From contig CAWAUM010000012.1 of NCBI GenBank assembly GCA_963785235.1, forward strand, positions 96,001 to 160,000: a stretch of DNA of 64,000 nt. Reading direction: 5' to 3'. Positions 41,026-52,400 of this stretch are shown here, in pieces (within the stretch, counting starts at the first letter, position 1; every line of letters starts with the position of its first letter). The notes beneath the pieces were generated by a model, which was not told where the DNA came from, did not search any database, and was given only the letters and a program-made list of their open reading frames with translations. This stretch comes from an uncultured delta proteobacterium. Lineage in GTDB: Bacteria > Desulfobacterota > Desulfomonilia > UBA1062. The translations under genes were made by a program, and so were the position numbers.

Positions 41026-41937
41026 TTACTGCTGCACCGCCGTGAATCCCTTGGCCTTGAGCATCTCCAGAAGCCCGCCCTTGCCCACCAGGTGGCCGGC
41101 GCCTACAACCATGAACACGTCACCCTCCTGGGAGAGGAGCTTGGAGATGCGAGTGGTCCAGGCTATGTTCCGCTCGGTAAAGAGTTTTTTTTCAACCTCG
41201 GGGAATTTCTTCAGGCTCTTCCGGGTGAAGGACTCCATCCGGGCTGCATCACCGGCCTTCCATGCCTGCACCATTTCGGCAGAGGCCTTTTCCAGCACCG
41301 CTATCTCTTCAAGTGCCTGCTTGAGGAGGTCCTCTTCCTTTCCGGGCAACGCATTGGCAAGCAGGTCCAGCTGCTGCCGGGCGGTTTCCAGGTATATCAT
41401 CTTCTTTTTATCCGCGGCGGCCTGTTTTGAGAAGTGTGCGTCCAGACCGTCCTCGGCGGTAAAACCCAGGCGCTTGAGTTCCACGGTAGCAATGGACAGC
41501 GCCGCAAACCACGGCCTGTAGGTTTCGAACTGTTCCACCTCAAGGTTATTGGCCTCTACGCGCTGCCTGAACAGGGCATAGGTCTTCTCGGAGACCTCCC
41601 TGGGCAGTGTCTTGCCGTCGTGGTAGGTGCCCAGCGCGAGCATCATGTCCCTGATCTCATCGGTACCCGGCCCTTCAAGATCCGCTTCGAAGACAATCCG
41701 TGGGCAGGATTGATAGGCCTTCTCAATCCGCGCATCAAGCGGGTAGGAGGCTGCCTTGAACATGTGCATGGAGCCCAGGAGAAAGACCCTGGACTTGGGG
41801 CCCTGAACCGACCACATGAAGACCTTCGAAGGCGCTTTTTGGGCGGCATGTACTGGGTGAAAAGGGGTTCCCATGCAGACAATGGAAAAGACAAGGATCG
41901 CCATCATCAGCCGCCTATGCCCACTGTACTTATGCAT
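41026..41937 (-). CDS. TraB/GumN family exported protein
   Basis: LLGSMH, LET..QQ, ERN..W, VVGAGHL. Confidence 0.9.
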   Translation of the reverse strand: MHKYSGHRRLMMAILVFSIVCMGTPFHPVHAAQKAPSKVFMWSVQGPKSRVFLLGSMHMFKAASYPLDARIEKAYQSCPRIVFEADLEGPGTDEIRDMMLALGTYHDGKTLPREVSEKTYALFRQRVEANNLEVEQFETYRPWFAALSIATVELKRLGFTAEDGLDAHFSKQAAADKKKMIYLETARQQLDLLANALPGKEEDLLKQALEEIAVLEKASAEMVQAWKAGDAARMESFTRKSLKKFPEVEKKLFTERNIAWTTRISKLLSQEGDVFMVVGAGHLVGKGGLLEMLKAKGFTAVQQ

Positions 41938-41966
41938 ACCTTTCTACCCCTTCCCGGCATAGGCTT

Positions 41967-42915
41967 TTAAAGGTTTTCCCTGGAGCAAAGAATGATGTTG
42001 TTCGCGTTGACCGCCTGCATCACCGTGGAGCCCGGCTCTATATCGTGATCTAGCCACACGTTGCCGCCGATGGTGCTGCCCTTGCCGATGCGGACCCTGC
42101 CTAAGATTGTGGTTCCCGAGTAAATGATCACATCGTCCTCCACCAGTGGGTGGCGCGGGATGCCCTTGACCAGCCTGCCCTCTTCGTCCTTGGGGAAGCT
42201 CTTGGCGCCGAGCGTGACGCCCTGGTACAGGCGCACGTTTCTGCCGATATCACAGGTCTCTCCGATAACCGTTCCGGTTCCGTGGTCGATGAAGAATCGC
42301 TCGCCTATGGCTGGCGCCGGGATGGATGTCTATGCCGGTTACAGAATGGGCCATCTCGGTGATGATCCGGGGGATGATCTCCACGCCCAGCTCATAGAGC
42401 TCGTGGGCGATGCGGTAGTTGGTCATGGTCTTGATGCTGGGGTAGCAGAATATGACCTCGCTCAGGCTCTTTGCCGCCGGGTCGCCCTCGTATGCTGCCG
42501 ATACGTCGCTGATGAGCAGAGCGCGAATCCTCGGGATTGTAGCAATGAACTTCCGGGAGAGGATAATGGCCCGTTCGTTACACTCGATGCAGGCCTTTCG
42601 GTCCGTCACCTCGCACGAGAACTCAAAGCCCCTCTTTATCTGTTCGTTCAGGAGGCGCTCGATCTTCTCCAGATGGTTCCCGATGATATAGGGCATTGTG
42701 GAAAGCGTCATCTCGGAGTCGGAAAAATAGGCAGGGAAGATAACCATGCGCAGCCTTTCCACGATATCCGCAAGGACATCCAGCGAGGGCATGGCGCCTT
42801 CCAACGTGGGCCTGTGGTACACCTGGTCGAACGAATCCGGCTCGCACAGCTCATCCACTACTCTTTTTATGATATTTCCATTCTCATTGCCGTTGGTCTT
42901 CTGTTTCGGGATCAT
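41967..42915 (-). CDS. cysE: Serine O-acetyltransferase; frameshift near 42310
   Basis: [15 protein letters not shown], then [12 protein letters not shown] in the second frame. Confidence 0.88.
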
Positions 42916-42952
42916 GGCGAACCTCTTAACCTCTTCACGTGGGTGTCGTCTG

Positions 42953-43585
42953 TTACGGGTTCGAGGGCTTCTCCTCGATGTTGCAGAAGTGCCTGTTCTT
43001 GTAGAACTCCAGGAGCCGTTCCACATCGTCCTTGCACTCTCCACAGACCGTGCTTACCTTGGTCTTTTCCTGAAGCTCATAGAAGGTCCTGGCGCCTTCC
43101 AGCACGGCCTCTTCGATCTCGTGGTCGGTGACGTTCATGCAGTTGCACACCACGCGGGCCTCTTCCCGTTTGATCAACTCCTTCATGCCGCTGCGCTCAT
43201 AGTAGTCGTTGATGGCGGAGCGGAGCGCCTTGTCTCCCAGCACGCTGCAGTGGATCTTGTGCTCGGGCAGGCCGCCCAGCTCCTTGTTGATGTCCTTGGG
43301 CGAAAGCTTGAATGCATCTTCGAGCTTCATGCCCTTGACCATCTCGGATAGCACCGAGGTGCTGGCAATGGCGCTGGCGCAGCCGAAGGTCTTCCACTTG
43401 CAGTCGGTGATGGTGCCCTTTTCCTTATCCACCTTGATGGCAACCACCATCTGGTCGCCGCACTTGATGTTTCCTGTCATGCCCCTGCCGTCTGCGTCAA
43501 AGGCCTTTTCATCTTCAAGGATATTCTTGGGGTGCATGAAATGCTCGAGCACCTTGTCGGTGTATACCCAGTTCACCTGTTCCAT
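42953..43585 (-). CDS. nifU: NifU/IscU scaffold with BFD-like [2Fe-2S] domain
   Basis: HF..PKN, CGD, FGCASA, HCS, CNC...CGEC. Confidence 0.9.
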   Translation of the reverse strand: MEQVNWVYTDKVLEHFMHPKNILEDEKAFDADGRGMTGNIKCGDQMVVAIKVDKEKGTITDCKWKTFGCASAIASTSVLSEMVKGMKLEDAFKLSPKDINKELGGLPEHKIHCSVLGDKALRSAINDYYERSGMKELIKREEARVVCNCMNVTDHEIEEAVLEGARTFYELQEKTKVSTVCGECKDDVERLLEFYKNRHFCNIEEKPSNP

Positions 43586-44773
43586 TATTGCCTCCTTACA
43601 TATGCAGTGGACATGTCCCTGATGCGACCGATGACACCCGGCAGCACATGAAGCATGTAGTCGATATCTTCAGTGGTGTTCTCCCTGCCCAGGCTGATAC
43701 GGATGGAGCCGTGGGCGCACTCCGCAGGCAGGCCCGTGGCAAGGATCACGTGGGAGGGGTCCAGCGATCCGGATGCGCAGGCGCTCCCGGTGGAAACCGC
43801 TATTCCTGCAAGGTCGAGATACAGCAGTATGGCCTCGCCCTCTGCCCCTTCAAAGGACACGTTCAGCGTTCCGGGCAGACAGTCTGTCGGGATGCCCCAC
43901 AAAGAGCACGTCCGGGATCTTTTCCGCAATACCCTTTCTCAAGGCTTCTTTCATCGTGAGCAGGCGCTTTTCCTCTTCGGCCATCTCTATGGCGCGCATA
44001 TCAACAGCCTTGCCAAGCGCTATGATGCCGATGGTGTTCTCGGTACCGGCCCGCCTGCCGCGCTCCTGATGGCCTCCCCTGATGAGCGGGCAGAAAGGCG
44101 AACCCTTTCTGATATACACAGCGCCGATCCCCTTGGGGCCGTAGATCTTGTGTCCGGATAGGGTGAGGAAGTCCACACCGAGCTCGTTCACGTCCACGGG
44201 AACCTTGCCCACAGCCTGTACCGCATCCGTATGGAGCAGCGCCCCGTGTCCGTGCACGATCTTGGAGATGGCCTTGATGTCCTGTATGGTGCCGATCTCG
44301 TTGTTGGCCATCATGATGGAGACCAGTCCTGTCATGGGTCTTATGAAATCCTTGAGCTGGTCGAGGTCCACCTTGCCGTGGCTGTCCACGTCGAGGTATG
44401 TCACCTTGACACCCTTTTCCGCCATGCACCGTGAGGCCTCAAGTACGCATGGGTGCTCGATGGTGGTGGTGATGAGCTCCTTGCCGCTGCAGGCATTGAA
44501 CTCGCAGGCCCCGCACTGGCTGTTGAGGATGGAGAGCACGGTGTTGTTGCCCTCTGACCCGCTGCCTACAAACAGGATCTCTTCAGGCTTTGCCCCGATA
44601 AACCGGGCCACCTTCTCACGCGCCTCTTCCACATATTTGCGCGCAAGCCTGCCGTAACCGTGGAGGCTCGATGGGTTGCCGTATATATCAAGGGCTTCGA
44701 AGATCGACTTCTTCACCTCGGGGTGAAGAGGGGTCGTGGCATTGTTATCAAAATAGATCATCCGCTTATCCAT
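43585..44773 (-). CDS. nifS: Cysteine desulfurase NifS/IscS; frameshift near 43890
   Basis: DNNATT, HTDAVQ, SGHKIYGPKG, then STGSAC in the second frame. Confidence 0.92.
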
Positions 44774-44945
44774 GGATTCCTCCCGGGTGAGTCTTTTATT
44801 ATGACGGCTTATTCACCCTATAGGGTTCATAACATTTACCATTCATAGGGGTATCTTTACCCTTTTTCCAGGTTTTTTTACAGATAAGTATTCATTCACC
44901 CATGGAAGGTTGACTTGGAAGGAGCGAAAAAGATAGAGGTGGGTA

Positions 44946-47084
44946 ATGTTAGAATCCTATTATGCAATGATTGCCCTTGAATTGGGCATAGCACCCGAGG
45001 CAGGTGAACGCGGTGGGCACCCTTTTGGAAGAAGGCTCCACGGTGCCGTTCATCGCCCGCTACCGCAAGGAGATCACCGGGTCTCTCGACGAGGTGGCCA
45101 TAACCGCCATCAGGGACCGGCTTAAGGACCTCGAGCAGCTCGATGCCAGGAAAGAGTCCATCATCAATTCCCTGACTGTGCAGGGAGTGCTTACCGATCT
45201 ACTGCACCAGGCAGTGGATGCTGCCAGGACCGTCGCCGAACTGGAAGACATCTACCTCCCCTACCGTCCCAAGCGTAGGACCAGGGCCACAATCGCCCGC
45301 GAAAAAGGCCTGGAGCCCCTGGCGGAGCTCATCTTTTCCCAGCCTGATGGGACCGAGCCTGCCAGAGAGGCTTTGGCCTACATCAATAAGGAACTTGGCG
45401 TGGAAACTGCTGACGATGCCCTGGCAGGTGCCCGGGATATCATGGCAGAGCGCATGGCCGAAGATGCGGATGTAAGGGCACTCATGCGCGCCCTTTTCGA
45501 AAAGGAGGGGACCATACGGTCCGAGGTCGTAGACAGCACTGCAGAACAAGCCGCAACGTACCGGGATTACTTTGACTGGCAGGAACCCGCGGCCAAGGCG
45601 CCATCCCACCGTGTGCTGGCCATGTTCCGCGGGAACAAGGAGGGCTTCCTGAAAACCTCCATCCGGGTGCCTGAGGCAACGGCCCTGGGGCTTATGGAAA
45701 GACAGGTATGTACAGGTCGTGGGGCATGTACGGAGCAGGTTCGGCAGGCATGCGTGGACAGCTGCAAGAGACTCCTCATGCCTTCAATGGAAAACGAGTT
45801 CAGGGGCGTGCTGAAATCGCGGGCTGACGAAGAGGCGATCCAGGTGTTTGCCAGAAACCTGCGCGAGCTCCTCATGGCGCCCCCGCTCGGCAGGAAAAGG
45901 GTTCTGGCCATTGATCCCGGCTTCCGCACCGGGTGCAAGGTAGTCTGTCTCGACAGCCAGGGTTCGCTCCTCCACCATGACGTGATCTATCCAAGCCAGT
46001 CCGCAGCCAGGGTGGAAGAAGCTGCAAAGAAAATCAAGGAGATGGTTATTCAGTACACTATCGAGGCCATTGCCATCGGGAACGGAACCGCAGGCCGCGA
46101 GACCGAGTCCTTTGTGCGCGGCCTGGACCTCAAACAGCAGGTGATCATGGTAAACGAGAGCGGCGCATCGATTTATTCCGCCTCGGAAACCGCGCGCCAT
46201 GAATTCCCGGATCATGACATTACCGTGCGCGGGGCCGTATCCATCGGAAGGCGGCTCATGGACCCTCTGGCAGAGCTGGTGAAGATCGACCCCAAGGCAA
46301 TCGGCGTGGGCCAATACCAGCACGACGTGGATCAGGCAAGGCTCAAGGATAAGCTGGACGACCTGGTTCAAAGCTGCGTCAATGCCGTGGGGGTAGAGGT
46401 GAATACGGCAAGCCCTGAACTCCTCACGTATGTGTCGGGCCTGGGCAGAACCCTGGCAGGCAATATTACCACCTATCGCTACTGAACATGGGCCCTTTAA
46501 AAGCCGTGGCGAGCTCAAGAAGGTCCCACGCCTCGGTGCCAAGGCCTTTGAGCTATCAGCCGGTTTCCTGCGCATCCGGGACGGATTCGCTCCCACTCGA
46601 TGCAAGCGCAGTGCACCCGGAGCGGTATGCTCTGGTGGAACGTATGGCAAAAGACCTGGGCTGCACGGTATCGAAACTGATGCAAGACCCTGAGCTGCAT
46701 TCGCGGATAGACCTGAAACGCTATGAGAGCGACACCGTGGGCATACCCACCCTGAAGGACATCATGGCCGAACTTGCCAAGCCCGGCAGGGACCCGCGCG
46801 AGCAGTTCGAGTCCTTCAGCTTTACCGAGAACATAAACACCATTGAAGACCTCTCAGCAGGCATGGAGCTGCCGGGCATAGTGACCAATGTGACCAACTT
46901 CGGGGCCTTTGTGGATATCGGGGTCCACCAGGACGGCCTTGTGCACATAAGCCAGCTTGCCGACCGGTTCGTGAAGGACGCCTCTGATGTGGTGAAGGTG
47001 AACCAGAAGGTGCTGGTGCGTGTTCTCGAGGTAGACACAAAGCGCTCCCGCATATCCTTGTCCATGAAAAAACCCGGTTCATAG
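44946..47084 (+). CDS. tex: Tex-family RNA-binding protein; frameshifts near 45000, 46480 and 46590
   Basis: [29 protein letters not shown]1 domain [18 protein letters not shown]. Confidence 0.93.
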
Positions 47085-47403
47085 TGGTCGAGCCCTGAGA
47101 GGGCTTTGTCACATGGAGAAACCAGCGCTTTTCGTACACATGGTTACAATTATTACCAATTCCCTGACCATCAACCCTCACAATATATTGATATTACAAA
47201 GTCATATTTCCTGGCACAGAGGTTGTAAGTTGTTTGGTCATGGCCCAACTGTTCAAAATTCTTCCGGCAAAATGTTATCCACTTCATGATGCTGCTTGCA
47301 TCATGATCAATACTTTTTTGACTAAGTTCACCGAGGTATACCGGTTGATTTATGGTGAGACAAGTATTTATCAATCCTGGGTATTGATGAAAGAAGGTAT
47401 AGA

Positions 47404-47628
47404 TTGATTACATTGAAATATTCAACAAATAATGGATTCTCATTCCAGGTTTTAGATGATAACCAGCCTATAGGAAGTGTCAGTATTAATACAAGGCTGA
47501 CATGTGACAAGTATCTTGCAATGATTCATGGGGAAGGAGCCGAAGATTGCAGCGAAAAGGAATTTGATACCCCTCATGATGCATTGTGTTGGCTGGAGAA
47601 ACGCAGAGTAAAGGGCAAAGGTAGTTAA
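47404..47628 (+). CDS. Hypothetical small protein
   Basis: AGAAGG upstream of TTG; 74-aa ORF in an AT-rich region. Confidence 0.4.
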   Translation: MITLKYSTNNGFSFQVLDDNQPIGSVSINTRLTCDKYLAMIHGEGAEDCSEKEFDTPHDALCWLEKRRVKGKGS

Positions 47629-48286
47629 TAGATAATCAAATGCTACCTGACCAAGCGGAACACATCCGGCAGATCGTCTCCCTGGCCTGCAGGAGAATCG
47701 TACTGTAGTGACTCAAGGATGAGCACTATCTCAAAGAACCTTATGATGAGCCGCCGCTCGTACTCTATGATGTCCCCGTCAGAAGACTTTGCAAAAAGCG
47801 AGGCGAGAATTCCACTGTATGCCGCTGCAGAAGGATATGATATTGTCTTTAAGGGATCTCAATAATCTTATCCGCTCAGGTTGAAAAGTGACACGCTCAC
47901 CAAAATTGAGTTGAGATGCTCTCTTGAAATGAGAGGTTCGAGACAGGTGAAATAATTCAGCATCATCCGGCCATCCAGTGTTGAGACAAAAAGATTTATC
48001 AGTCCCCAGACTGCGGATGCTCAATACCGAGTTTAAACCGATCATTTTCTATCGAATAATTCCCGTATCGTGTTTCAATATCATAGATTTCCGAGATTTG
48101 AAATCGCCGCATTAAGGGGGAAGCTCTTATATAAATTGATATAACTCAAAGCGTGTGTATACACTAATAATATTATAACGCTATGCAAGCGAGGCCTCCT
48201 CATCTAGAATTTGGTGATTAGGGAACATTATCTATATTTGCTGTCTATTTATTGTTATGCTTTCATATAACAAGAAGGAAGGTGCT

Positions 48287-49223
48287 ATGATCTTAGGATT
48301 TCCAATTCAACTCCTCACTAAACTATGTTGCACCAGTGATGGTGCGGCTCTCGAACTCGACCAGAATTGTCAACTGAGTGAAGATGGGGGCTTCGTCAGA
48401 AACGGGACATTACATTGCAGCCGCTGTAACAAATCGTTTGCGATTAATGACGGTATCTTGAATATGATGAATGACGTTGTATTCCACGAGGAAAGTAAAC
48501 ATGCGCAGGGACTATTTAACGAAACTGCTAATAGAATTGAGAACTGTTACCGGATCAGCTTGGTAAGAAAACGAAGATAACTACATGGAAGATGTTTCGC
48601 ACTCTGGACGCCTTGTCTGTAGATCAAGAAAAGACAATATTAGAACTAGGGTGCGGTGATGGGCGTTATACTCTTCTCCTAGCTGGTAAGTGCCAGTGGA
48701 TATTGGCAATTGATTTTTCCTTGGAGTTACTACGGAGTCTACAACAACGGCTGCAAGATACTGAAATGTCGCACTAGTGTTCGGTGATGTCACAACCATG
48801 AAAGTCTGCGCTGCTAGTTTTGATCGTGCCTTGTCTACCCTCGGTTCTAATCTACCCACGCAGGAACATGCAGAAATGCGATGTATAAGCTGGCTTCAAA
48901 TGCGCTTAGGCCCATTGGGCGCTATATTGACAGTATACGTAATCATGGGTTGCGGCAAAGGCTATACGGTGTAACAAAATCGTGAAGGTACGAGCACGGA
49001 GGTATACTATCGGTACATTTTCACTATCAGAGAGTGTAAGTCAGCGTCATGACCGTATTTTGAAGTGATTAAGGCAAAGCCAATTCAAATCTACCTTCCA
49101 TTTGTTCGTAGGCTACGACTGCCTTTAGTCACTCTTTCCCGTTTTCTTGAGCGTATTCCGCTGGTCAACAGCCTAGGTGAGCATATTTTGTGCACGCTGA
49201 GCGGCCAATTCAAGCCAATCTAG
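48287..49223 (+). pseudogene. Decayed class I SAM methyltransferase with Trm112-like N-terminus
   Basis: C..D...G.L.C..C...F.I.DGI; ILELGCGDG; multiple stops and frameshifts. Confidence 0.7.
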
Positions 49224-49319
49224 ACCTAGATAATGCTTAAAACCGCATTACCTCGCACGGGTTATTCCATGATGCTCTATCAGTCATCAAGTTAGGAAGC
49301 GCATTTAGGTATAGAGTTC

Positions 49320-50872
49320 GTGATAATCATCTAAAAGGCACCTTTGCCAAGATCGCACGGCTATAATACAGACAATAACTCAGGAGGAGGTGTGTCATGA
49401 GTGAGCTGTATGCCGGATTGGATCTCCATTCAGGGAACACTTACATAGGGCTGATCGAGAAGGGAACAATGAAGCGAGTTTTCGAGAAGCGGGTAAAGAA
49501 TAACCTGGAAGAACTTGTATGGACTCTGACCCCTTACCGTGATGAGATCAGGGGGATAGCAGTCGAGAGCACCTTCAACTGGTACTGGCTGGTGGATGGG
49601 CTGAATGAGGCTGGATATGATGTGTGCATCTAGCCAATCCTGCAGCGATACAGCAGTACAAGGGGCTCAAGTATGCGGATGACCGTCATGATGCCTTCTG
49701 GCTTGCGCAGATGCTGTCTCTAGGCATCCTACCCGAAGGATATATTTATCCCAGAGAAGAGCGACCGGTTCGGGATCTGCTTGAGGAAGAGATCATTCCT
49801 GGTAAAGCAAAGAACAGCCCATATCATCTCGCTGCAGTCCATGATCGAGCGAAACACGGGTGTCACATGAGTGCGAATGCATTGAGGAAGGTCAAAGCGG
49901 AAGACATCAAAGGGATATTGAAAGAGGACCACTGGTGCTCCTGGGAACGACGAGTCTTGAGACCATAGCCTTTCTCGAAGAACATCAGGAACATCGAGAA
50001 GACGGTTAAGAGAGACGTGAAGACGAGAGATGCTTCCGAGAAGCTGCACATGGTTCCCGGGATCGGTGATATCCTTGCCATGACGATCCTGCTGGAAGTG
50101 GGGGATATCTCTCGTTTTGCCAGGGTGGGAGACTTCACCTCCTACTGCCGGTGTGTACCTACGGGCAGATTTCCAACGGGAAGACAAGGGAAAAGGCAAT
50201 GCGAAGAATGGGAACCGGTATCTGGCCTGGGCATTCACCGAGGCGGCATTTATCTCACTCAGGCAGTCCCCAAGATCGCCGGTTACTACAAGAGGAAGGC
50301 TTCGAAAACCCACAGGATGGTAGCAATCAAGACCATAGCAAGCAAGCTTGCCAGGGCCTGCTACTATATGCTCAGAGATGGCGTTGAGTTCAAGGAAGAG
50401 ATGCTCTTTTGCTGAGCAGGGGAAGAACGGTGAGACAGTGACTTTTGGTGGCTAAGAACCATTTTCATGGTTGGTCCACCGTTTCCCCCTCTCACATAAA
50501 CAAGAATCCAGCGGAGGTAATACCGATGGTTCAGATCTGCCTTTGCCATGAGTCTATAAGGTGTGGCCGGAAGAGCCTATCGTCATGTCACTTACAATTG
50601 AACATGGCAAGGAACCGATATTTTTCTGGGACAGCAGATGCTGTTAGGGGCGTACGGGTTGAGAGGGCTACTCATCTAGGTTCATCCTCTCGCTGTACAG
50701 TCTAAAACCCGATGGGTGCCTGGTGCAGATTGTAATCTGTCACCTGAGCATAATGAAAAATAGGGCGCAGAAAGGGAATCGTTGGCATGATCCCAGCTGG
50801 CTATACGTTAGACCTGCAAAAAAAGTGCGATGGTGAACTATGTTTTTATTGACAGGGGCCTTTTAATGGGTG
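49320..50872 (+). mobile_element. IS110-family (IS1111-like) element
   Basis: Subterminal IRs 49332-49343 and 50854-50865; GTG core at both ends; about 450-bp non-coding right end. Confidence 0.8.
49397..50415 (+). pseudogene. IS110 DEDD recombinase/transposase, frameshifted
   Basis: YAGLDLH, AVEST, DDRHDA, VPGIG, KNGNRYL, KLARACYY over several frames. Confidence 0.88.
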
Positions 50873-51136
50873 CCATACTCAAAGCTTTGACTATATTGAA
50901 TGTTTGTAAACATAATCTCTACTCTTTGAGATGGACCAGACTCCACAAGGAGGGTTTATTGAAGTTGTCGATAGTTGCATGTTTTGAAGGTATCACTAAA
51001 TCTATACAGTGTTAAAGCTTTGAATCGTTATCTATGGTCATAACCATAGGTTTCTTTACGCTCGCTCCCGCTGATGCAAGATATCCTCCAGAGAAAATTG
51101 CCTTCCTATATTTCAAGATTGCAGATCCATCGCAGA

Positions 51137-52324
51137 TTACCCCCACCATCCTTTCTGACGCCGGTACCAGATGTGCGGGAATAAATTGTAGACCATACCT
51201 GAAAAGGGGCCGATATACTCATTGCTTCTCCTGTCGAACTGGCAGGCTTTAATAATCTGCTCCCTGATGTCTTCCCTGGTTCCTCTCTCGTTGAATATTC
51301 TGTAGGCGCTGCGGAAAATGGGGCTGTACATGTTTTTGCTTTCGAGGTACCGGTAGACGCTCTTCAGGGTGCCTGGCCCCTCCGGCGTGCCGTCGATGCC
51401 CGCGATGACCCGCTGGTGTGTTTCAATGGTGTTCCCCGTGTAGCATTCATAGAAATTTTTTCCGTACCGGTAGTTCTTGCTGGCGTTCGAAGAAAGGGTA
51501 ACGTACATGTCACCCACGCCTGCCTGGCCGAGAAAGGTAAGAAAGTGGCCTCCGAGGATTTTCGAGAGCGCCCGCATCTCGACACCGGACCTTGCGAAGA
51601 TGGTACCCGGGATCGAGCTTCCCATATGGCAGCAGTCGGCGAGCCCCTTTATGTTCGCCACGATGTTCTTCAGCGCTCCGCATGCCTCTACGCCCACCGT
51701 GTCGCAATTGTAGTATGAACTCAGCTCCCCTCTGTTCTGTGCGAAAAACTCGCGCCTCACCACTGAGGCAATGTGCCTGTTGCCGGCCACCGTGACACAG
51801 ACGGGGTTACCCACGGCGAGGTCCACGTCGAAGAAGGGCCCTCCTATGCAGATGATGTCGTAACGATGATGGAGGTCAAAGAGGTATGTATTGATCATCT
51901 GCGAGGGCGTGATGAGTTCGTTTTTCCGTCCCACCGAGGCGAGGCTCTTGATGGGGGAGATGAGACATGTTTTTGTCTTTTTCTTCGCGAGGCGAGGCTT
52001 CAGGTGATTTAAGAATTCGGGAAGTCCCTTCATGTTGATGGCGAGTACGATGAAGTCGTGCTCCTTTACGACTTCATCGAGGTCGTTCGTTGCCATGACG
52101 CGCTCGGTAAGTCTCGGCACCTTCTCCGCACTGCCGGATATCCTCGCAAGGTCCTCAGTCAGGTGTTTCGGGTTCAGGTGTGTGGTGTTTATTTCATGGC
52201 ACAGGGCCTCGGAGTTGTAGTAGATGGTTATTTCTTTGCCGTCGCGTCCCCATTTATAGGCAAAAGCGGTTCCGAGCCGCCCAGGCCCTATGATAGCGAT
52301 TTTGTCAGGATTCATTTTATGCAT
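51137..52324 (-). CDS. NAD(P)H-dependent glycerol-3-phosphate dehydrogenase family, divergent
   Basis: GPGRLG, GALKNIVA, GVGD, SKNY, TPEG. Confidence 0.85.
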   Translation of the reverse strand: MHKMNPDKIAIIGPGRLGTAFAYKWGRDGKEITIYYNSEALCHEINTTHLNPKHLTEDLARISGSAEKVPRLTERVMATNDLDEVVKEHDFIVLAINMKGLPEFLNHLKPRLAKKKTKTCLISPIKSLASVGRKNELITPSQMINTYLFDLHHRYDIICIGGPFFDVDLAVGNPVCVTVAGNRHIASVVRREFFAQNRGELSSYYNCDTVGVEACGALKNIVANIKGLADCCHMGSSIPGTIFARSGVEMRALSKILGGHFLTFLGQAGVGDMYVTLSSNASKNYRYGKNFYECYTGNTIETHQRVIAGIDGTPEGPGTLKSVYRYLESKNMYSPIFRSAYRIFNERGTREDIREQIIKACQFDRRSNEYIGPFSGMVYNLFPHIWYRRQKGWWG

Positions 52325-52400
52325 GATTGCGCAATGTCCCCCACATTATACAAGGTGTTGTGAATTGTCTTGACCGGGCTTATACTATTATTAAAATATT

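Noticed and set aside
42124-43131. 335-aa plus-strand ORF
   Set aside because: Shadow of cysE/nifU
42250-46600. Programmed frameshifting or selenocysteine readthrough in cysE, nifS or tex
   Set aside because: Breaks are frame changes without evident slippery sites or SECIS, and they cluster like errors
49200-49322. Possible attC targeted by the IS110 (GTTAGGA nearby)
   Set aside because: No matching R'' or L-box hairpin
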